DNA of 64,000 nucleotides from Psammoneis japonica. Its lineage: Eukaryota. The stretch covers positions 1 to 64,000 of the forward strand of contig QPGO01000188.1 in NCBI GenBank assembly GCA_008632985.1. The letters are read 5' to 3'. The notes under the pieces are model-generated. The model searched no databases and was not told where the DNA came from. It saw only the letters and a program-made list of their open reading frames with translations. Made by a program: the position numbers and the translations under genes. How positions within the stretch are numbered: position 1 is the first letter of the stretch; each line of letters starts with the position of its first letter. Positions 50,051 through 63,466 of this stretch are shown in pieces.

Positions 50051-51904
50051 CATCAAGTTTCCAATTGTCTGATGTGCGCGTTCCACGATGGAGTTCGACT
50101 GGGTAAAAAAAAAAAGAAAAAAAGGTGGCACATCGACACGCGTGCAGAGTTGATCAGAAAAAAAGGTGGCGCATCGACACGCGTGCAGAGTTGATCAGGC
50201 TCTGCATTCTGTCATGGCAACACCCATTGTGTCTTTGACAGGCAATGGACAAAGCAAAAAAATTTTGCTCACATCACATTCTTTCACCTTCACGGAAAGA
50301 ATGCATCAAATTTGCATTTGAATGGCGGGCTTTTCGTCACAAAGCTCTTTCCATGCCAGCTCAGGTTATTTTTTGAAGTTTGCATGCCTTTTTGGGCATT
50401 TTTGTGCCTTTTTCCGGGCATTTTTACAATTTTTACAATTTTTGTGGCCAAAGTGTCACATCCTCACATCCGGCCTTTCAAAACGGCATTCTTTCTGTCC
50501 GTTTGTTGAGTTTGTCAAAGTCAGTTAAACCAAGTGGTCTGCAGCCCATGAGCGGTCAAGTGCTCTCAGTTTTTAGAGTGCACTGACTCTTGCACGTGTG
50601 GTCATTCATCACACAAATTGGGGTGTTCCGTTTCACCCTTCGAGCGTTTCGTCACATGACAGCTCGTTCAGCATTTTTTTTACATGCACAGTGCTGTAGA
50701 GGAGAGCATGTGTGTGCTCCTGTGTGCACGCTTTTTCTTGCATTGCAGCAAGGGTTTTTCCATTGAACCCTTCGAGCGTCATGTCAATTGACACCTCGCA
50801 TCCAAACATCAGTGCATGCAGTCATTCTTGCTGCACGTCATTCTTTGTGCAGGCCTTTCGTCTGACGCACCATTCGGCCTTTTTCATTTTACGCAGCAGC
50901 CAGCATCTTCGCTGCTGTGCGGTCATTCTCACATTTGATTGAGTGTCAACAAATGACATGTGCGCGATGCTGCGCATGGAATTGCGCATGTCCAGCATGC
51001 ACGAGCATTGGCTCTAGGCCATTTGCAGGCCTTGCAGAAATGTCTTGTCCACTCTGCGTCCCTGAGACGCAAAAAACATGCCACAGGCCGTGTCACAAGT
51101 CATTTTCTGTTGACACTTTGTCTCAGGCCGTTTGGCACATCTAAACTGCTGTTTTCGTGCAGTTTGCAGTGCTGCCTTCTTGGCAGTCATCGGTGTCAGT
51201 GTTAGAGCAAGATTCTCAAATCGCTTGCAAAATGCGACATCTGCAGTTTTTGTGTCAAGCGCATTGAATCTTGGAGTTCTCTTCTCGCACTGACATGCAC
51301 GAGGTCTGTTGTTTGACGAGATCAATTTTCTCATCGTTTGGCAGTGCATGCGACGCATCACCGCCATTGTGAATCGCTGAAAGTTCTGAAAAAAACACTC
51401 ACACGCGTTCTTGCCACACGATCGCCATTTTGGCGACTTTTTTGCTTTCTGCTGTCCTCCTGAGGAAACAGTCATAGAGAACAGGAAATTGACATTCTGT
51501 TGCATCCCACTCTTCTCTGCAGAACGGCTGACAGTCATGGTCAGTTGAACAAAGGGTGTTCTTGCACTCACTGGGAGCAATGTTGCTGTGCCCCATGCAA
51601 AAATGGGGTCCAAGCACTCAGTCACAAAGAGGGTTGACAACTCGTGTGTTGCGCAAATTGTGAGACTGATTTGCGCAGAGTGCGCACATGCATGACAGCA
51701 AGACATGCCGTGTCCTCAGTCCCTGCACGGAACCAATCATGCTCGGCAATGCGCACATCCTGCGCAGTCCCTTCATGCAAGGTGAGTCATGCACGCGATG
51801 GCCAGTCGCACTGGTCTCAGTCGTGTGGACAATTCTACGATTGCCAGCGTTGAACATGCCCACGTGTTTTCAGCACCAGGCTCCCCGTAGAACAGCCGAT
51901 CACC

Positions 51905-53756
51905 ATGGCGTCTCCTTCCATCGTTGATGGCAGCCATGCCCCTCTCCCATCCACAACGCCACCATGGCAGATGACATTGCCGTCGATCAGACTTCTCTTA
52001 AGTCGTCTTCTAAACCGAAAGAGCGTCAGTTCGAAGAGATTGCTCTTCGCTTCGAAATTCGTGGCCCTGCAGCGACATGCAAGCCGATGACTCTTGTCAC
52101 CGCCCATTTGCAAGTCTTGCAGCAGATTCTTTTCACGCATCATAAAGACGTGCAAATCCTTGACAACCACAACAACCGAATCACGCAAATCAATGTGGCT
52201 GATTGGATTTCCTCCCTTCAGCACGAACGTCACTTCGTTGTCTCCACCACTCGCAGTGGTGAAAAACGCCCGGTCACCCATCGCTTGTGTCATTGCATTC
52301 TTGCAAAGTTGCCGCTTCGCGAAATTCGCTCTCATCCTCATGTTCAAAGCATTTTGGATCTGAATGACATGGGCATGAAACGACACGCCTGGAATGAATC
52401 AGTGATTGATGCGGCGACACCGGCCCATTGCATTGCTGCCGCTACGAAACACACTCCAGTCGACAACGCTGCCAAAAAGTTTCTTGGAGATTTGGGTGAA
52501 TTCAAGACTGAGATGCCAAAGTTTCGTCTGGCACCTACGTGATCCGAGCCGACAATGACAAACTCGCCACTCCCATTCGCACAACGACTTTTGCCATTGA
52601 GGTTCAAAATGATGAGCATTGCACTGCCGGGAGAGTCTTGTTGTGCGCATCTAACAAACTCCCGACCCATGTCGTGATGGCCAAGACCTGTTGCCTCTCT
52701 CCCTTGGCCTTCTACAATGCTGTCAAAACTCAAGCCCGCTGCAATGAAAACACACACATCGTCCCGCTCTTGTGTGCTTCCCCAGACATGATGTTCTGCT
52801 TCGAACAAAATGTCAGGGCCTTGAAAGGCGTGCAGGACATTTGCGCCTCTAACTCCGCCGACGGGAGGTACAATGTTCTTGTCAATCGAGTGGATTTCAA
52901 GACAGCACGTGCCGCAATTTCCGCGTGTGTTGTGAATCTCATTCCAGATCTACCGGAAGAATCTTGCCCGACTCCTCCCTTCCCAGATCATCCTCAAGTC
53001 TCAGGCGTTTTTGACGAACCATCGGAGACCAGCAAATCCATCGTCTCTGCAAGCATTCGCAGTCTCGAATCCCCAACCTTTTCGGACGTTTCTCCTTTGA
53101 CAGACACTCACACTCCCAGTGCGCATCATCACCCTCCATCGCAATCTCATCCTGGTCGCGGACATGCAGGACGAGGATTCCCCGGTCGAGGTCCTGCGCG
53201 AGGTTCTCCGGTTCCACCTCAGATCTTCACCCCCCTTTCCTCCCAATCTCCATCGAAACTTGGTTGTGCTGGATGCCCTGGCATGCCGTCTCCCCAATTG
53301 TCTTATGCTCAAGCTACTCAATCTACATCGAGCTCCTCTCTTGCTTCAGCTCAGATGGCGGAAGCACAACAGACGTCATCTCAGATGCAACACAAGAATG
53401 ATCAGGCCCCAGCCGAACTCCGCCAACAGCATTCCAAGGACATGGAAGCTTTGAATGACACGTTCAACAAACAACACACTCAAGACATGGCCGCACTTCA
53501 GTCACAATGCTCCCAGCAACTGGCCGCCATGCAGGACCAAATGAACCAAATGGTTGAACTCCTTCAAGCAAGTCAACCGTCTCAGAGCTCTGCCAGAAAA
53601 CGCCCCAACCACATGGAAACTCCCGAGCGCCCTGGGGATGACAAAGACAGGGAATCGGATTTTTGGGCAGGGGTTGGATCTCGCCGCCTCCACCCCCTCA
53701 AGAAATTAGGCGTCCTCCCGATGTTGTCACTCGGCTCCACTCACCTCTCACTTTAA
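51905..53756 (+). pseudogene. LINE ORF1 (frameshifted) with a Gln-rich coiled-coil
   Basis: ORFs 51905-52090, 51964-52542 and 52539-53756 lie upstream of the APE-RT ORF and inside the TSDs. Confidence 0.7.
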
Positions 53757-53868
53757 CTTCCATTTTTCGTCGGACCTCTGGATGTCGGCCTTTCTCCTTT
53801 CAACCGAACCTCAAGTTAATGCAGTGCTCTAAGCCTCAGTCTTCTCTTCGGAGGAGCACGGCCCAACC

Positions 53869-56800
53869 ATGAGCAGCACGATTTCGACTGATGATCCCTC
53901 TCTCGCATGGCAGCAAATTCTCGACGGACGCAGCTGTCATCCTCCTGCTGATCGCCGGATCGATTTTTCTCGCCTCAAGACCAATGAACCTGTGGGCAAT
54001 GCACTTCGACCCAAGCTTCCGCATCACACACGTCTGTGCGCCTTTAACGCCAATGGTTGCAAGTTCGACAAGCGCGGCGGGGACATAAATGAGTGCTGTC
54101 AAATTGCTTCGGAAATCCAAGCCGACGTCATCGGCATCTCCGAAGTGTGTCTGGACACTGCCCAATTTGATGTTCTCTCTGTTTGCCATTCTGCTGTCTC
54201 CAAATCTCTGCACCGCGGGCGATCCACTTTCTCGACCAGCTCTGCCACCTTCACTGCTCAACACAAACCAGGTGGTGTGGCTTTGTTGTCTTGCAATTCG
54301 ATGTCAGCACGTTTTCGGACTCAAGAATCAGACCCACTTGGTCGGTGGTCTGTTCAAGTTTTCGACGGCAGGAACGGACGCCAGGTGATGTTTGTCTCTT
54401 GCTGTCGAGTTTGCGCTAAAAACCAACAACACCCGGGGAAAACAACAGCTTGTGCTCAGCAAATGTCTCTTCTCCGACAACAAGGCCGTCAGATCCTCGA
54501 CCCCAGGAAAGCCTTTTGTGCCAACTTATCCCGTGTTTTGCAGGACTTCACGGCAGAACCGCATGGGGAGGTGATCATCTTTGGCAATTTTAACACTGAT
54601 TTCAACTTCGACACAGACTCTTTGGCTGCTGTTGCACAACGTTTTGATTTGTCCGACGTTCTGTTTGACATTGTGGGCGACAACGACTTCGCTGCATGCA
54701 CGAGGGGTTCTAAGCGCCTCGACCACGTGCTTGCCTCACCTGGTGCTCTCGCTGCGGCACGGTTCGGTGGATGCGAAGCTTTTGGTTATAGAGTTGAGTC
54801 TGATCATCGTGCTTGCTTTGTGGATTTTGACACGGTGGCCCTTTTTGGTGATCCCACCGTCGATCTACCTGAGGCATCTTTCTGGGATCTTCAGGCAACA
54901 TCCAAACCTCAGATCACCACTTGTCTTCAAGCCATCGGCCCTGTGATTCAGAGCCGCTCAGCATTGGAGAGGTCACATCAGTTGATTGACCTCGAAACTC
55001 CGAATCATGCGTTGGCAGAACGCCCAGACCGTGATCTTACCCAGTTCTCCCTCGCTGCCGCCAAGAAATGCCGCTCTCACCGCAAACCAGACTGGTCGGT
55101 AGAACTGGCAGATTTGAGACATGGGGTGCATGTCTTTTCACGCCTCGCATCAATGATGCGGACAAAATTAGACTGTGTCTCACAGATTCGGTCGATTCAG
55201 GATAAACTCAGTGGATCCTTTTCTATTCCGGAGACTTTGCAAGAGTGTCAACAAGAGTTGCGTGCTGCTCAGGAAGACTGCAAGCGCTTGGCTGCCGACA
55301 GCGTGGTCCACCGTGAACGGGAGACATCAGAAAAGACAGCAGCACTCGATTTAGAAAACACCAAGGCTTCCCGCAAGCAGGCCACTGTGTTGCGCAACAT
55401 CCGCAAGGCAGAAGAAATGAAGAAATTGTTTGAGAAGATAGATTCTTGTCGCACCCAGAAGGACACTGGCATGCAGAGTGTACAAGTTCCTCGCAATCCC
55501 TCTGTTCCTCCGAAAGAATGTCAAGACTGGGTTGCTGTCGATGCTCCGGAAGAAGTGGCAACTGCTCTCTGTCAACGGAATCAGAAACACTTTGGTCAAG
55601 CACACGGCACACCCCCAACAGTCCCTCCACTGTCGGTGGACCTCGGTTGTGAAGGTGATGCGATCATGGCGGATCTCATTCTCAATGGCGAGCATGACAC
55701 GTCTGCTTTGAATGAAGCAACAGCTCTTTTCATCAAACACTTGCGACAACGGTCACCAGCGTCAGTGCCAAACCTCCTTTCTGCCTCAGACCTCGAAGGG
55801 AAAATAAAACGTTGGACAGAAACTGCCACTGCGTCCACACATTCTGGACTCCATCTTGGTCATTGGAAGGCAATGTGTGCTCCTCATTGATTTTCTGAGG
55901 CTGCGGATTCAGAAGGCAATCCCACTGTTGATCATGAGGCCCTCGATGAAGTTCAACACACCCTCATTCAAATCAGGTTGAATTTGCTAAATTGCGCTCT
56001 CCGCTGGGGGTGTTCGTTTCACCGTTGGCAAGATGTCGTAAATGTCATGATTTTCAAAGAGCCGGGCAACAACAAGATTCATTGTCTTCGAGTCATCCAC
56101 ACACACGAAGCCGACTTTCAATTGATCTTGAGTGTCAAGTGGCGTGCTCCAGCTCAAAACATGGAGCAACGTCGACCACACAATTCTGGGATCTACGGCA
56201 CTCGCGCTTTCTTAAATGCCAACACTCCCGTGCACCTTGAAGAACTCATGCTGGAGATCAGCAGAGCTGCACGCAAGTCTGCTGTTCACAGTGATGACGA
56301 TTGTACTTCGTGCTGCGACAGAAATGTCCCTGCTTTGGTGGCAATTGAAAGCCGCAGCAATGGCATGCCCAAAGAAGTTGCCCAGGTTGCCAGTTCGACT
56401 CTTCACAAGGCTCGACACTGGTTGCGTGCGGTGCTTGGCCTGTCTCAAGGTTCTCACTCCCATTCCGATGACTTTCCGATTTACGGTGCTGGACAGGGCA
56501 GTGGAAACTCCCCGTTCTACTGGAGCCAAATCTGCAACAGTTTGTTTCAGATTTTCGATCAACGTGCACACGGTGCCTGTTTCGAGACCCCTGACCGCTC
56601 TCTTTCTCTGCAGATGTTCAATCGTGGATGCGTGGATGATGCACCCAAACAGGTGAATGCCTTTTGTGCATCTCCTCAACCTTGCATTCTGGAACTGGCT
56701 CTAAAGATGCAGGAGGACAATCAGCTGTGGTGTGACCTTTTGAGTGCAGCTGGACACAAGTTAGAACTGCCCAAGTGCTCCTTCCACGCAATCAAGTGGA

Positions 56801-59800
56801 TGTTCACAGATGACGGGGAACCATGCCTGCGACCACACAATGAGGAGATCGACATTGAAATCTCTTCTGCTGACCGAGCTGCGACACGGTCTAGCAAACA
56901 ATCATCTGCTCATTCTGCTCACAAGACACTTGGTCATCACAAAGCTCCCGCAGGTGCGCAAAAGACTCAATGCACGGCCCTCAAACAGAAGAGCGATGGC
57001 ATTGCCTTGTTTCTTCGTTCTTGCCCCCTTGACAGACACGAGGCTTGGACCCATCATTTTGCCTGCTGCCTGTCCTCGACTGCCTGCGTTCTCCCAAACA
57101 CCCATTTCAAGGAGAAAGAGTTGTCAGAGGTACAAAGAAAAGCCATGCGTGCGATTTTTGCCAAATGCGGACACAATCGAAATTCGAAACGAGATGTTCC
57201 ATTTGGACCATGTTCCCCAAGAGGTGGCGGTTTCAGGTCCTTAGACGTCGAACAAGGAGTTGCTCAAGTTCTACAGTTTCTTCGTCACTGGCGCGGGACA
57301 GGACAACCTCAAGCTCTGTCTTGTGTTGCAGTGTCATGGATTCAGTTGCAGATCGGAACGGGAGTCAGTTTTCTAAAAGACGTTCATGCCAAGTTGCCTC
57401 ATTCGGAATCACGCTGGTTTGTGTCTCTCCGATCTTTCTTGGCAAGGATTGATGCTTCTGTTGACTGTGACGAGCCTGGCGTCCTCCCGCTGCAGCGAGA
57501 CAATGACCAATTTATTGTGGATGTCGCACTTGAATCGGGCGCCTTCAGTGATCGGGAGATCAGGTGGGTCAACTGCTGTCGGTTGTATCTTGGCTTGCTG
57601 ACACTGTCGGATGTTGCCCTTCTGGCGTCCTCCCGCTGCAGCGAGACAACGACCAATTTATTGTGGATGTCGCACTTGAATCGGGCGCCTTCAGTGATCG
57701 GGAGATCAGGTGGGTCAACTGCTGTCGGTTGTATCTTGGCGTGCTGACACTGTCGGATGTTGCCCTTCCAGATGGCCTCTTGCTTGACTCCTTTAAAGTC
57801 GACGGCCGATCGTCCCTTTTTAGCAGCCACAGCACTCTGAACCCCGTTGAACAACAACGCCCGTCTGCTCGAGCTTGGAAACAGTGGCAAAGAGCTTGTT
57901 CCTTATTTTGCAAGGACGACTCTTTTGATCTCCGAGATCCCCCAGGTCAATGGCTCATGCCGGCTGCGGAAATGCGAGTGTCACACGTGGCATGCCACGA
58001 ACCCTCCGAAGATCACTTGTGCATCCGTTCGGATGCTGGATTTCAAATGTTTCCGGTGAAACACGGTTATGCTGACTCGATTACGGCCTTGGAAACTGTC
58101 CCAGATCTTTCCCCTGCGGCATCCCCGGTGCTTGTGGATGCCACCAGAAACGGTCATTGGCGAATTTGGTCTTCTGGTGCTCCAGTCTTCTTGCCTGCTT
58201 TGCCTCCCATCCCTGACAATTTTCTCTCTATGCTGCGGTCTCTGTCCCGTTGGGAATCGTCCCTGTTTGAGGAAATCACACTGCACCGGTCAATGTTCGA
58301 AATTGCCGACATCTTTGCGACCCACCAAGCGTCAGCGGGTAGCGACGGCTCGGTCCTTCAATTTCGAGGTGCCTTTGGTTGGACGATCACAATCGATGGG
58401 ACACCTCTTGTGGATTGCGCAGGTCCGGTTTTCGGTTTTCGCCCATCTTCTTGCCGAGCTGAAGCATGCGGCATGCTGTCCTTTCTCCGTTTCCTGATCC
58501 GATTGACAGAATGTTGTTCTTCATCTTTAAGAGGCGCTGACTTGCATTGCGACAATTCTTCACTCATTCGCAACATCTCGAATTTCCAGGTGATTCCTTC
58601 TCCTCCCGAAGCAGAGGATGCTCAAGGAGCCGATGACTTTCCATGGCGGCATCACATTGCTGACACCCTCTCACCAGACTGGGACATTGTCAATGAAATT
58701 TTTCACTCCCTGCGACAAGCATCCGAGGTCAGCACTGACAAACTGCAGTGTCCTGTTGTAGAGATTCATTGGGTGAAAGGTCACCAAGATGACACTCTTC
58801 CTGTGGAGTCTTTGTCCTTGGCGGCGAAGTTGAACATGCGGGCTGACAGATTGGCAGGACAATTCCAAGGCCAATTTTCTGGCAACACTCTTGAAGCCCC
58901 CCGCACACCTCACTGTCGAGCAAATCTGATCCTCCAAGGAGCCACTGTCTCGTCCAAATACAAGCCGGTCCTGCGACATCACGCATCGAGTCCCGCGCCA
59001 GTCGACTGCATGAAAGAGAAATGTGGTTGGTCCGATGAAGTCTGCGCATCGATCGATTGGGACGTTCACGCGAAACTGATGTCACGGAATGTTCGTCGAA
59101 AAGTCAGTGCTGTCAAGCTGGTTCAAGATCTTCCACCCACTGACAAAATCGTGCACAGATGCAATCCAACACGTCCGGACTGTTGCACACACTGTCAGGA
59201 CCCCATGGAAGACAGAGACCACATTCTCCGTTGTCCTCACAACGAGGCCTGGCGCAGAAAATTTTTACAAGGCCTGCGCAAGAAGTGCGACGACATTCAC
59301 ACGTCTCCCTCCTTACGAGACTTGATCATTTCGGCTGTTGAAGCATGGTTTCGAGATGAGCTTCTTTACTCTGAGCAATTTCATCACAGCGTCGTCCCCG
59401 TTTTCCATTCCCAAGTAGAAATGGGTTGGCGTCAGTTGTTCAATGGTCGTTTTTTGGTCCAATGGAATGCGACACAAACCTCCTGTCTTACGTCGAGCGG
59501 CATTTATCGCACCCTTTCGGACCAACAGAAACGTTTGGATTGGGCGGCAACCATTGGGAACTTTGTGTGGGAGCAGTGGTGGGACCTGTGGGATGCTCAC
59601 AATGACGCTGCACACGGACACGATTCGGAAACTAGAAAGTCCTCTCAAAGGAGAGACGCAGAAGCAGAGGTTAAAGCGATTTGTTCTCGCACGGATGATT
59701 GCCTTGCGAGAGACAAGGCGCTCTCATTGGATTCGGTGGAAGATCATTTGACGCATTCAACTCATCGGATTCGCAACTGGCTGGCAATGTTCAAACCAGT

Positions 59801-59900
59801 CTTTAAATCGAGCATGCGGGAAGCCAAACGGTTGGCTGCACGAGGCACCAGAACCATTGCAAGTTACTTTGGCACGGCATCACCCTCGGGTGATGCCGAT
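53869..59900 (+). pseudogene. LINE ORF2: AP endonuclease, RT, RNase H and zinc knuckle
   Basis: APE: FNANG, IGISEV, GNFN, LDHVL, SDHR. RT: DCTSCCDR, GQGSGNSP, GCVDD. RNase H: SDGS, SSCRAEACG, HCDN, WVKGHQD, NMRADRLA. Knuckle: CTHC..DHILRC. Stop at 55888-55890 and a frameshifting duplication. Confidence 0.92.
57476..57767 (+). repeat. 146-bp tandem duplication in LINE ORF2
   Basis: 57476-57621 and 57622-57767 are nearly identical. Confidence 0.92.
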
Positions 59901-60187
59901 CTTGGCCAATTGCCATTTGCTCCTGCCGCACTGACTGTGTGCTGGGAGTGTGGGTTAGCTTGTTGCCGGAGTTGCAGGGTGGAAGTGCAGCAGCACTTAA
60001 AATGTGGAAGTTTGGTTTTGTTTTGTTTTGGTCTCAGTCATGTGGAGCTCCCGCAGCCCTTCGAGGGTCTCATGCTGAGAGTCGCGTTTCCTGATGCATG
60101 CTTCTGCGGGATCAGCGTCACTGTGGACAGCCTGCAGATGCAGGAAAGCAGCATCATCGGCGGCTGCGGCAGGGATGCCTGCTGCAG

Positions 60188-62780
60188 TTTGAGGTCAAAT
60201 GAGAGTTTGCTTGAACCGTTCGAGGTCAAACGAGATTTGGACAGGCTTGTTTCAAGTCAAAAAAGGTTTTTTGCTCTGGGCCAAGCAAGGTGTGGGTTGA
60301 ACCGTTTGAGGTCAAATGAGGTTTTGCTTGAGCCATTTGAGGTCAAACTCATTTTGAGCTCTTGGCAAATCAAGGTGTGGTTTGATCCATTTGAGGTCAA
60401 ACAAGATTTTGCTTGAACCGTTTGAGATCAAATGAGGTTTGGCCAGGCTTGTTTCAAGTCAAACTTGTTTTGAGCACTTGGCAAAACAAGGTGTGAGTTG
60501 AACCATTTGAGGTCAAAGGAGATTTTGCATGGACCGTTTGAGGTCAAAAAAAAATTGATCAGGCTTGTTTCAAGTCAAAAAAATGTTTGTGCTCTGAGCC
60601 AAGCAAGGTGCAAGTCAAACCGTTTGAGCTCAAATGAGATTTTTCTTGAGCCGTTTGAGGTCAAACTCATTTTAAGCTCTTGGCAAAACAAGGTGTGGTT
60701 TGATCCGTTTTGGGTCAAACAAGATTTTGTTTGAGCTGTTTGAGGTCAAACGAGATTTGGCCAGGCTTGTTTCAAGTCAAACAATTTTTTTTGCTCTGGG
60801 CCAAGCATGGTGTGGGTCTGGTCTTGTTTCAAGTCAAACTTGTTTTGAGCGCTTGGCAAAACAAGGTGTGGGTCAAACTGTTTGAGGTCAAATGAGATTT
60901 TGCTTGAACCGTTTGAGGTCAAACAAGATTTGGACAGGCTTTGTTTCAAGTCAAACTTGTTTTGAGCAGCTGGCAAAACAAGGTGTGGGTTGAACCGTTT
61001 GAGGTCAAATGAGATTTTGCATGAGCCGTTTGAGGTCAAATGAGATTTGGCCAGGCTTGTTTCAAGTCAAAAAAAGTTTTTTGATCTGGGCCAAGCAAAG
61101 TGGGGTCAAACCCTTTCAGGTCAAATTAGATTTTGCTTGAGCCTTTTGAGGTCAAACTCATTTTGAGCTCTTGGCAACACAAGGTTTGGGTTGAACCATT
61201 TGAGGTCAAATGAGATTTTGCTTGAACCGTTTGAGGTCAAACGAGATTTGGCCAGGCTTGATTCAAGTCAAAAAAATTGATTGCTCTGGGCCAAGCAAGG
61301 TGTGGGTCAAACTGTTTGAGGTCAAATGAGATTTTGCTTGAGCCGTTTGATGACAAACTCAATTTGAGCTCTTGGCAAAACAAGGTGTGGCTTGATCCAT
61401 GTCAGGTCAAACGAGATTTTGCTTGAACCGTTTGAGGTCAAATGAGATTTGGCAAGGCTTGTTTTGTGTCAAACTTGTTTTGAGCACTTGGCAAAACAAG
61501 GTGTGTGTTGAGCCATTTGAGGTCAAATGAGATTTTGCTTGAACAGTTTGAGATCAAAAGAGATTTGACCAGGCTTTTTTCAAGTCAAAAAACATTTTTT
61601 GCTCTGGGCCAAGCAAGGTGTGGGTCAAACTGTTTGAGATCAAATGAGATTTTGCTTGAGCCATTTTGGGTCAAACTCATTTTGAGCTCTTTGCAAATCA
61701 AGGTGTGGTTTGATCTGTTTGAGACAAAACAAGATTTTGCTTGAAACATTTCAGGTCAAACAAGATTTGGTCGGGCACGGTGAAACATGGTGTGGGTTGA
61801 ACTGTTTGAGGTCAAATGAGATTTTGCTTGAGCCATTTGAGGTCAAACGAGATTTGGCCAGGCTTGTTTCAAGTCAAAAAAAAGCACTTTGCTCTGGGCC
61901 AAGCAAGGTGTGGGTCAAACCATTTGAGGTCAAATGAGATTTTGCTTGAGCCAAACAAGATTTGGCCAGGATTGTTTCAAGTCAAAAATGGTTTTTTGCT
62001 GTGGGCCAAGCAAGGTGTGGGTTGAACCGTTTGAGGTCAAATGAGATTTTGCTTGAAACGTTTGAGGTCCAACAAGATTTGGCCAGGCTTGTTTCAAGTC
62101 AAAAAATTTTTTTGCTCTGGGCCAAGCAAGGTGTGGGTCAAACCATTTGAGGTCAAATGAGAGCTGGCTGGGCATGTTGGGTGTCAAACTTGTTTTGAGC
62201 ACTTGGAAAAACAAGGTTTGGGTTGAACCGTTTGAGGTCAAATGAGATTTTGCTTGAACCGTTTGAGGTCAAACGAGATTTGGAAAGGCTTGTTTCAAGT
62301 CAAACTTGTTTTGAGCACCTGGCAAAACAAGGTGTGGGTTGAGCCGTTTGAGGTCAAATGAGATTTTGCTTGAACCGTTTGAGGTCAAACAAGACATGGC
62401 CGGGCTTGTTTCAAGTCAAAAAAGGTTTTTTGCTCTGGGCCAAGCAAGGTGTGGGTCAAACTGTTTGAGGTCAAATGAGAGCTGGCTGGGCTTGTTTGAG
62501 GTCAAAAGCATTTTCAGCACTTGGCAAAACAAGGTTTGGGTTGAGCGGTTTGAGGTCAAATGAGATTTTGCTTGAACCGTTTGAGGTCAAACTCATTTTG
62601 AGCTCTTGGCAAAACAAGGTGTGGATTGATCCGTTTGAGGTCAAACAAGATTTTGCTTGAAATGTTTCAGGTCAAACAAGATTTGGTCAGGCTTGTTTTA
62701 AGTCAAACACACTGTGAGCACTTGGCAAAACATGGTGTGGGTTGAACCATTTGAGGTCAAATGAGATTTTGCTTGAGCCA
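60188..62780. repeat. TTTGAGGTCAAA satellite, second array
   Basis: Same subunits and orientation as 47952-49245. Confidence 0.93.
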
Positions 62781-62830
62781 GCCATCAAATTGAGGATTCT
62801 GCAACATCAGTTGCTCATGGTGACCAACGG

Positions 62831-63466
62831 ATGTGGTTTGCGGTGTCTCTGATGCAAGGTCTGTTGCAGAAGGAGCATCCTCCGGTTGACAGTCCGATGA
62901 AGTTCTACAACGGCAGGAAGATTGACTGCGCCAGAGATGCCAGTGCCACGACGGAAGATTTGTTGTGCAACAAGCTGACCTTGTGTGGATTGTCAAACAA
63001 GCACTGCGTGACTGTGTGCAATGGTTGGATTTTTGACTCCAATCATCCACATGCCATGTCTGTGACAAATCTTGATTGCTGGAGTTGGTGTTTGGGCAAC
63101 CGGCCGGAAGAAGCAGCCTGTGTGACCAATGATTTGTCAAAGAAAATTGTGCTGATGCACCAGCTTGATTTGCCCAAGTTCATCTGCAGAAGATTGAACA
63201 AGCGCAAGGTGATGGAGATCCAAATGTCATTTGCAATGCATGTTGGGTGTGATGCGTGTTTGTCTGCATTGCGCAGGCAGCAATTGAATTGCTGTTTCGC
63301 TGGGTCACCCGTCTTAGAACCAAATCTTGGCACAAGTCTCTGTGCTCTGAGTCAACGAGTCCCCAACAAATTGATCCATCCGGTGTTTTCCTGCAGAAGC
63401 CCACCAAAATGGCTTCAATCTGATTCATTTGCAACAAACGTCTGTTGGGTGACTCTTCGCTGGTGA
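62831..63466 (+). pseudogene. Unknown protein remnant
   Basis: Protein-like segment KHCVTVCNGWIFDSNHPHAM. No family recognised with certainty. Confidence 0.3.

Larger units (their letters stand above)
51830..60028 (+). mobile_element. Full-length non-LTR retrotransposon with APE, RT, RNase H and CCHC (possibly Ambal-like)
   Basis: 18-bp TSD TGGTCTCAGTC(G/A)TGTGGA at 51812-51829 and 60029-60046. Empty site at ~49452-49470. (TTTTG)n tail and two ORFs. Confidence 0.92.
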
